Of a DNA stretch of 32,000 nucleotides, positions 26,636 through 32,000 are shown piece after piece; the stretch's first letter is position 1, and each line of letters opens with the position of its first letter. Origin of the DNA: an uncultured Lachnospiraceae bacterium (GTDB lineage: Bacteria; Bacillota; Clostridia; Lachnospirales; Lachnospiraceae). The position numbers and the translations under genes are program-made. The DNA lies in contig CAJUOO010000010.1 of assembly GCA_910588535.1 (NCBI GenBank), positions 2,347-34,346 on the forward strand, in the 5' to 3' direction. The notes below the pieces were generated by a model. It made no database searches. It worked only from the letters and a program-made list of their open reading frames with translations, and was not told where the DNA came from.

Positions 26636-26720
26636 TTTTGTGAGCAATGAGTCAAATGACTACCTGCAATCATATGGCGACTGCCGCAAGGGTCAAAAAA
26701 CCTGCTTCAAACACTCTACA
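26636..26720 (-). repeat. Partial copy (M) of the D-type repeat inside the AT-rich core
   Basis: TGTGAGCAATGAGTCAA (26639-26655), GGCGACTGCCGCAAGGG (26676-26692) and CTGCTTCAAACACTCTACA (26702-26720) align with the reverse complement of 16500-16575. Confidence 0.6.
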
Positions 26721-26969
26721 TAATCCATATTTATATATTTACACAATTATAGTTATCAAAAGTTACTTTGCTAATTTCATTTCGGCTATAATCAATGTAA
26801 GTAGAATTATGAGCAGAAAAGCTAACTTAATTTTGTGCAAAATTACCTGTCTTTTGACTTGTGGGTCAAATTAAGTGCAAGAAACAGTATTTTTCACTTT
26901 ACTTGTATTTATAGATCATCAAATTCTCTAAAAAGAGACAATATAAACGATCTATCAGTCTTGTACAAA

Positions 26970-27165
26970 CAGAGTGACAGCGTGTTTTGCCTTGCCGATA
27001 AAATAGCCCGGCGAACTGCCTGTGGTCCTCAAGGAACCTATTGAAAAACGCCGGCGGTTAGCGAGGTAGTTTCGAGCTTACCGTCCGCTGCGTTTTTCAC
27101 TAAGCGGGAGCGGGGTGACGGAGGACCACAGGCAGTTCACCGGGCGGATCTTTCATGAAAATGAT
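26970..27165 (-). repeat. Hairpin-repeat family, copy B (right inverted repeat of the composite)
   Basis: Outer stem 27003-27030 / 27121-27145. It contains the reverse complements of the same 35-nt (27091-27125) and 25-nt (27026-27050) blocks as copy A. The terminal motif CGGATCTTTCATGAAAATGAT and the inner CAGAGTGACAGCGTG also match copy A in reverse complement. Confidence 0.8.
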
Positions 27166-27269
27166 ACAACAACTTTCAATCAGCAGATAAAATTTAAAAT
27201 TTACAAAAAATAATACCTTTAAAGTATCCACTTAACAAGCATCATTTTATCCTAATTTAGCAAAAAATA

Positions 27270-27298
27270 TTGAAAAACCCAGATATATTCTGTATACT
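27270..27298 (+). promoter_or_regulatory. Candidate promoter of the AraC-family gene
   Basis: TTGAAA (27270-27275), 17 nt, TATACT (27293-27298). It lies 45 nt upstream of ATG 27343. Confidence 0.5.
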
Positions 27299-27342
27299 GA
27301 GAACAAATAAGAATCTTCAACAAGAAAGGGGGGACAAGCCAC

Positions 27343-28104
27343 ATGAATACCAGTATGCTTATGCCTCCTAGCCGTGGCAGCTCACAGCCCCTTTTATCAC
27401 TTTACACAGAACATTATCATGAATCGCTCTATACACAGCCTCAGCCTCTCTTATTTTATGAATTTTATGGTACAGAAGAACCCATCACCTTCATTCCGAC
27501 AGGTTGTGTGGATCTTCTTATAGAGGAAATATCTGTAACTGGAAGTCTACTCGCACCTGACATCGCATATCGAACCATATCTTGTATTCCCGAAAGCCGT
27601 TACTTTGGTGTTCGTTTTTCAACTGGAATACTGCCAAGCCGCCATTTTTCAACAGAATATTTTGCCTATGGCGTTTTAAGGTTCTCTTCCTTTCAGGATA
27701 GACTTTCATGGTTTCTTACAAACTATCAACCTGAAAAGCATGTTATGCCGCTAAGCGATCCTGTTCACTATATGCTTGAGCAAATCTGTCTTACCAACGG
27801 TACCATCTCCATCCATAAGCTTGCAAAAGCACTTAATTACTCCGAGCGTCACATGTATAGATTATTTCTGGGACATATGGGACTAAACCCCAAGCATTAT
27901 AGCAGAATTATCCGCTTTCAGTCCACTCTCACCCAAATGATGCAAATGCCTCGAAAAAATAACTCAGAATTTATCAGGTGCCTCGGATACTCTGATCAGG
28001 CACATTTTCAGAGAGAATTTAAAGAATTTACCGGAATGACTCCAAGACAATTTATCAAACTATTTTTAGCCTCCTTAAATGATTCGGCTGAATCATCCTC
28101 TTAA
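27343..28104 (+). CDS. AraC-family transcriptional regulator
   Basis: C-terminal double HTH (LAKALNYSERHMYRLF ... GYSDQAHFQREFKEFTGMTPRQF). RBS-like GGGGGGA upstream. Confidence 0.85.
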   Translation: MNTSMLMPPSRGSSQPLLSLYTEHYHESLYTQPQPLLFYEFYGTEEPITFIPTGCVDLLIEEISVTGSLLAPDIAYRTISCIPESRYFGVRFSTGILPSRHFSTEYFAYGVLRFSSFQDRLSWFLTNYQPEKHVMPLSDPVHYMLEQICLTNGTISIHKLAKALNYSERHMYRLFLGHMGLNPKHYSRIIRFQSTLTQMMQMPRKNNSEFIRCLGYSDQAHFQREFKEFTGMTPRQFIKLFLASLNDSAESSS

Positions 28105-28244
28105 GTGCTAATGCTCTTTAACAAGCTCAGCGACAACGCATCTGTGACATTGTACTTCAACATAAAGACATGGCAAAAGTCACCGTTTTATGATAAAATA
28201 TCATTCAGAAAACCAATATAATAACTAGAATGGAAGGATTCTCA

Positions 28245-28880
28245 ATGGCATTTGATTACAAAAAAGAATACAAAGAATTTTATTCACCACCCAAAAAACC
28301 AAGTATTGTAGATATACCATCCATAAACTATATTGCCGTTCGTGGCAAAGGCGATCCCAATGATGAAAATGGTGAATATAAAAAGGCCATAAATATGCTC
28401 TATGGTATCTCGTTTACAATAAAGATGAGTTACAAGGGTGAACATAAGATTGACGGATATTTTGAATATGTAGTGCCGCCCCTTGAAGGATTCTGGTGGC
28501 AGGATGGCATAAAAGGGATCGACTACGCCCACAAAGAGAACTTTCATTTTATATCTCTTATTCGCCTGCCTGACTTCGTCACAAAGACTGATTTTGACTG
28601 GGCGATTGCCGAGGCAACCCAAAAGAAAAAAACTGATTTTTCCAAAGTCGAGCTCCTGTCCTACAAGGAAGGCTTATGTGTACAATGTATGCACATTGGC
28701 TCCTACGATGATGAACCGACAACCATTACAACTATGCACCAATATGCCAAACAGAATGGATATGAGCTAGATATCGCTGATACCCGCTATCATCACGAGA
28801 TATATCTTTCTGATCCAAGAAAGTGTGACATAAGCAGACTAAAAACGGTTGTACGACACCCAATTAAACCAAAACAATAG
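28245..28880 (+). CDS. GyrI-like small-molecule-binding domain protein
   Basis: The N-terminus MAFDYKKEYKEFY..PSIVDIPSINYIAVRGKGDPN and EGFWWQ are typical of stand-alone GyrI-like/SOUL-type proteins. ATG 28245 has GGAAGGA 7 nt upstream. The ORF-track ATG at 28230 lacks an RBS. Confidence 0.7.
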   Translation: MAFDYKKEYKEFYSPPKKPSIVDIPSINYIAVRGKGDPNDENGEYKKAINMLYGISFTIKMSYKGEHKIDGYFEYVVPPLEGFWWQDGIKGIDYAHKENFHFISLIRLPDFVTKTDFDWAIAEATQKKKTDFSKVELLSYKEGLCVQCMHIGSYDDEPTTITTMHQYAKQNGYELDIADTRYHHEIYLSDPRKCDISRLKTVVRHPIKPKQ

Positions 28881-29007
28881 GAAACTATTCTTCAGATTCT
28901 CTACTGTGTCCATCTTAATATTACCAGAATCGAGGAGGAAATGTTATCTCTCCCACTTGCCATGCGGGGTGCGTACAACTTTCTCCGCTTATTTACCTAC
29001 ATGCTCC

Positions 29008-29046
29008 TGCAAAAAACAAAACAACAGAGAGCCCCCAGCTCTCTGT
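29008..29046 (-). terminator. Rho-independent terminator of cls
   Basis: Stem ACAGAGAGC (29024-29032) / GCTCTCTGT (29038-29046) with loop CCCCA. On the minus strand it is followed by TTGTTTTGTTTTTT. Confidence 0.75.
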
Positions 29047-29073
29047 AAATATCTCTTCAGTAAAAATACTTAA

Positions 29074-30567
29074 TTATAAAATAGGAGAGAGCAATCTGGA
29101 TACCTGTTCCTTTAAACGTATGATCAAATTCCTCTGGCTATAGTCATATGGCGTGATTTCTGTAGATTTTCCCAGATCTTTAAGAAAGATATCCTCAAGC
29201 TTCCTTGTCACCTCCGAGCTGTAGATCACAGCATTCACTTCAAAATTAAGATAAAAGCTCCTCATATCCATATTTGCCGTGCCAAAGCTCGCCGCCAGCC
29301 CATCCACCATAATACCCTTCGCGTGAAGAAATCCATTGTCATACGTATAGCATCTAGCTCCTGCCTCCAGAAGCTCACCCACAAAGGAGTATGTGGCCCA
29401 ATATACAAATGGATGATCTGGCTTACACGGAATCATTACCTTCACATCCACACCGGACATCGACGCAATGCGAAGAGCCGCCATCATCGCCTCATCTGGG
29501 ATAAAATATGGTGTCTGAATATAGATATTCTTCTTAGCCTTGCTGATCAGTCTCATATAATTATCTCTAATTTCCTGAAAGCGAGAATCTGGCCCACTGG
29601 AAATAATCTGCAGTCCAGTGGTTCCCTTTCCGACAACCTCTGGAAAATAACCCTTTTGAGAAAATAGATCCGCCTTTGCCGCATAATTCCAGTCCAATAT
29701 AAACCGAATCTGAAGCTGTGCAACTGCCGATCCCTCGATCTTTAAATGCAGATCTCTCCAATACCCGAATTTTTTATCCAGCCCAATATATTCCTTCCCT
29801 ATATTAAAACCACCCACAAATGCAGTCGTTCCATCTATCACCACAATCTTTCTGTGATTTCTGTAATTCATGCGCAGCTGCAGCCTTTTTAATAGAGCAG
29901 GAAAGAAGATCGCTGTCATAATTCCCTGTTTTTCCAAACTCTCCCAGTAGGAAGATTTTACATCTCTTCCTCCCATCCCATCACAGAGTACTCTGACCTC
30001 CACCCCTTCCTTCGCCTTCTTAATAAGATGCTTTGCAATACGCTCAAATAGAATATCCTGTTTTATAATATAATACTGGATATGGATAAAATGCTCCGCG
30101 TGATCAATTGCGTCAATCAGCGCGTCAAATTTTTCATTTCCATCAGTGAAGATTGTCACCTCATTATCTTCCGAGTATGCCGCCTGCAAAGCTTCCAGAT
30201 TGTATAAAACCAAATCGCGGTAATCCTCCAGAAGCTTGTCCGACAGATTAAATTCATTGCGAAATATAATCTCCTCCTGCTTCTGAATCTGCGAATTTAG
30301 GCTGTCCTCCATCTCCTTCATGCGGAACATTTTTCGTTTATGCAGATTTTGTCCCAGAAATAGATAAAGAATAAACCCCAGAACCGGGATAAAATAGAGC
30401 ACCAAAAGCCATGTCCACACGGTCTTTGGATCTCTTCTCTGAAAAAATACAATCACAATCGCAAGAATCGCATTGAGAACTAATAGATTGTCCATTGTCC
30501 ATTTTGTCAATATAGTAAGGTAACGCCATATCACCTCAACTACTGTTATATCAGGCATAATAATCAC
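29074..30567 (-). CDS. cls: Cardiolipin synthase
   Basis: Two HKD motifs (HRKIVVIDG..GGFN and LHAKGIMVDG..GTANMD) and two N-terminal TM helices. The ORF-track start is GTG 30567. ATG 30558 is an alternative start. Confidence 0.92.
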   Translation of the reverse strand: MIIMPDITVVEVIWRYLTILTKWTMDNLLVLNAILAIVIVFFQRRDPKTVWTWLLVLYFIPVLGFILYLFLGQNLHKRKMFRMKEMEDSLNSQIQKQEEIIFRNEFNLSDKLLEDYRDLVLYNLEALQAAYSEDNEVTIFTDGNEKFDALIDAIDHAEHFIHIQYYIIKQDILFERIAKHLIKKAKEGVEVRVLCDGMGGRDVKSSYWESLEKQGIMTAIFFPALLKRLQLRMNYRNHRKIVVIDGTTAFVGGFNIGKEYIGLDKKFGYWRDLHLKIEGSAVAQLQIRFILDWNYAAKADLFSQKGYFPEVVGKGTTGLQIISSGPDSRFQEIRDNYMRLISKAKKNIYIQTPYFIPDEAMMAALRIASMSGVDVKVMIPCKPDHPFVYWATYSFVGELLEAGARCYTYDNGFLHAKGIMVDGLAASFGTANMDMRSFYLNFEVNAVIYSSEVTRKLEDIFLKDLGKSTEITPYDYSQRNLIIRLKEQVSRLLSPIL

Positions 30568-30586
30568 TGTCCTTCACAAAATAAGC

Positions 30587-30615
30587 TTTTCATTTCAGTA
30601 AAATAATGATACAAT
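30587..30615 (+). promoter_or_regulatory. Candidate extended -10 promoter for the small membrane protein gene
   Basis: TGATACAAT (30607-15) is a TGn-TACAAT extended -10. The -35 is weak (TTTTCA at 30587-92). Confidence 0.35.
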
Positions 30616-30665
30616 ATTATTGTCCAACTCGGACATATGACAAATATCACATCAGGAGGTCTCTT

Positions 30666-31154
30666 ATGAAAACCTTTTTAACTGTTGTTCTGGTGATTCT
30701 GGTTATCCTTGCGATCCTTCTCGCCGTCCTCGCCTATTTTGGCAGAAAAGCACAGAAAAAGCAGGCAGAGCAGAAAGCAACCATGGATGCTGTGGCTCAG
30801 ACTATGTCGCTGTACATTATTGATAAGAAACGCATGAAGCTATCGGAGGCAAATCTTCCGAAAGTCGTAACAGATTCTGTTCCAAAATATATGCGATGGA
30901 TGAAAATGCCTGTAGCAAAAGTTAAGGTGGGCCCTCGCGTGATGACTCTGATATGCGATGAACCCGTGTTCGCCCAGATTCTTCCAAAGCAGGAGATTAA
31001 AGCTGTCGTGAGCGGGATCTACATAACAAGCGCAAAGCGAATCCGCGGCCCCATACCAGAACCCAAGAAGAAAAAGGGCTTTTTCTCCCGCTTTAAGAAA
31101 TCGAAAAAGGAAGATTCATCTAAAAAAGAAGAAACATCTAAGAAAAAAGGCTGA
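30666..31154 (+). CDS. Small membrane-anchored protein with a Lys-rich C-terminal tail, function unknown
   Basis: AGGAGG (30654-59) lies 6 nt before ATG 30666. N-terminal TM segment FLTVVLVILVILAILLAVLAYF. The tail reads KKKKGFFSRFKKSKKEDSSKKEETSKKKG. The ORF-track start at 30606 has no RBS. Confidence 0.7.
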   Translation: MKTFLTVVLVILVILAILLAVLAYFGRKAQKKQAEQKATMDAVAQTMSLYIIDKKRMKLSEANLPKVVTDSVPKYMRWMKMPVAKVKVGPRVMTLICDEPVFAQILPKQEIKAVVSGIYITSAKRIRGPIPEPKKKKGFFSRFKKSKKEDSSKKEETSKKKG

Positions 31155-31584
31155 CATCCCCAGCCTTTTTTTCTTTCAGGCAGATGCTGATCTTACAGTC
31201 TGACACAAACTCATAATTGATGTCCAGAGAATAGTCAATATTGATATCGATGGAGTTCTCCTCCTCCTTCACATCCACCTTACTTGTGGCAAGCCCAATC
31301 AGAAGATTGCCAAATGGTGTGTCATAATATGTCATGTTCTTCTGCTTTTCTTCAAATACCATATGAACATTGGTGATTCCCTTTTTTGTAATATCCACCA
31401 TATGCTCATTAAACTTTATCATATTGCGCGTCGATCCTGAAAAGCCCTCCATCGCCTCATCAAACATCACATAATGCCGACTGCCGCGCTTATAATAATC
31501 ACCTACGGTAATCATCTCCACAGCCTCTTTATCCTCGTTGATAAACTGTAACCCAGATATTGATACCAGTACTTCTTTCTCCAT
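31138..31584 (-). CDS. DUF1934 (YwiB-like) beta-barrel protein
   Basis: The pattern VLVSISGLQF..ITVGDYYKRGSRHYVMFDE fits DUF1934. ATG 31584 is preceded by GGGGGA. The ORF-track start at 31599 is a TTG lying inside that RBS. Confidence 0.65.
   Translation of the reverse strand: MEKEVLVSISGLQFINEDKEAVEMITVGDYYKRGSRHYVMFDEAMEGFSGSTRNMIKFNEHMVDITKKGITNVHMVFEEKQKNMTYYDTPFGNLLIGLATSKVDVKEEENSIDINIDYSLDINYEFVSDCKISICLKEKKAGDVSLFS
31143..31172. terminator. Bidirectional A/T-flanked terminator shared by convergent genes
   Basis: AAAAAAGGCTG (31143-53) / CAGCCTTTTTT (31161-71) with loop ACATCCC. It overlaps the plus-gene stop codon (31152-54) and the last codons of the minus-strand gene. Confidence 0.7.
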
Positions 31585-31610
31585 GATAGCATCCCCCAAA
31601 TATAAGTATT

Positions 31611-32000
31611 TTAATACTCTTCTATATCAATCTGTGATGTATTGCTGACAGAGCATGGCAGAATAGACTCCGCGAATTGCTGGAATTTCTCTGTTGCATC
31701 ACTTACATAGAAAGTGTGAAGTTCCTCCTGCGAATTATTTTCCTCTGTGCGGCAAAGCTTTTCCTCCGACAACAACGTCCTAAGTTCCAGCGCTGTCTCA
31801 TAGGCAGGATTCACCAAAGTGACATCTGATCCCATCACCCTGCCTATCAGGGAGCGGATCAGCGGATAATGTGTACAGCCAAGAATCAATGTGTCAATCT
31901 TCTCTTTTTTTAATCCTTCTAAATATCTGGACGCGATCTCCTCCGTAATAGGGTCCTTGAGAAAAGTCCCCTCCTCCACCAGTGGCACAAATAGCGGACA
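31611..32000 (-). CDS. murI: Glutamate racemase, C-terminal part (5' end beyond the window)
   Basis: The frame stays open to base 32000 (CPLFVPLVEEG...). It contains the second catalytic-Cys motif LILGCTHYPL. Stop at 31611-13. Confidence 0.9.
   Translation of the reverse strand, partial: CPLFVPLVEEGTFLKDPITEEIASRYLEGLKKEKIDTLILGCTHYPLIRSLIGRVMGSDVTLVNPAYETALELRTLLSEEKLCRTEENNSQEELHTFYVSDATEKFQQFAESILPCSVSNTSQIDIEEY

Noticed and set aside
26700-26745. A possible XerCD dif-like site (ACATAAT..ATATT..) in the core.
   Set aside because: Only partial resemblance to the Firmicute dif consensus on one arm. The XerC-arm equivalent does not match.
26395-27044. Three ORFs of 69-82 aa in the 1-kb gap (26395-26643, 26647-26874, 26835-27044).
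   Set aside because: They are translations of the hairpin repeats and the AT-rich core. They have no RBS, and the same sequence occurs in both orientations (copies A and B), which a coding region would not tolerate.
28941-29048. A 35-codon ORF (MLSLPLAMRGAYNFLRLF...) preceded by GAGGAGG.
   Set aside because: The SD-to-ATG spacing is only 2 nt, the ORF runs through the cls terminator hairpin, and it shows no recognisable features.
1-32000. A window-wide search by eye for CRISPR arrays, tRNA/rRNA genes, transposases or integrases, toxin-antitoxin pairs, restriction-modification systems or other defence genes.
   Set aside because: None was found. Every ORF of at least 150 aa has an ordinary metabolic, transport or regulatory assignment, apart from those flagged in the findings. 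Reading by eye cannot exclude small or novel RNA genes.

Overview
This 32-kb chromosomal segment looks like a Lachnospiraceae-type Clostridia gut anaerobe. That call is an inference from gene content and roughly 40-45% GC judged by eye, and I cannot verify it here. Most of the window is housekeeping. In order it holds: the 3' part of a DUF4143 AAA+ ATPase; a trimeric electron-bifurcating [FeFe]-hydrogenase operon (hydC-hydB-hydA); a Fur-family (PerR-like) regulator plus a reverse rubrerythrin; a divergent MetRS-like class I aaRS paralogue behind a ~230-nt leader; degV; an orphan solute-binding lipoprotein; argC-argJ-argB-argD divergent from argG, with ARG boxes over both promoters; a YesS-like membrane-bound AraC regulator with an LplABC-like sugar ABC importer; a 703-aa polytopic GT-C-like membrane protein; a ~1-kb gap with no credible CDS; an AraC regulator plus a GyrI-like protein; cardiolipin synthase; a small Lys-rich membrane protein; DUF1934; and the 3' part of murI. 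I found no CRISPR array, tRNA/rRNA, transposase, integrase or recognisable defence gene. Two things are not explained by ordinary annotation. (1) A family of ~135-200-nt imperfect-hairpin intergenic repeats is present as five full or partial copies. Two copies share identical 35-nt and 25-nt blocks but have different, mutually compensated outer stems. Those two copies face each other as ~200-bp inverted repeats around a ~365-bp AT-rich core (26409-27165), between the membrane-protein gene and the AraC gene, which makes a candidate invertible or MITE-like element. (2) The MetRS paralogue keeps HFGH and a MetRS-like anticodon-domain tryptophan, but has KASSS where KMSKS is expected, carries an extra insertion, and has no T-box. 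All functional readings are hypotheses that need genome-wide and experimental checks.
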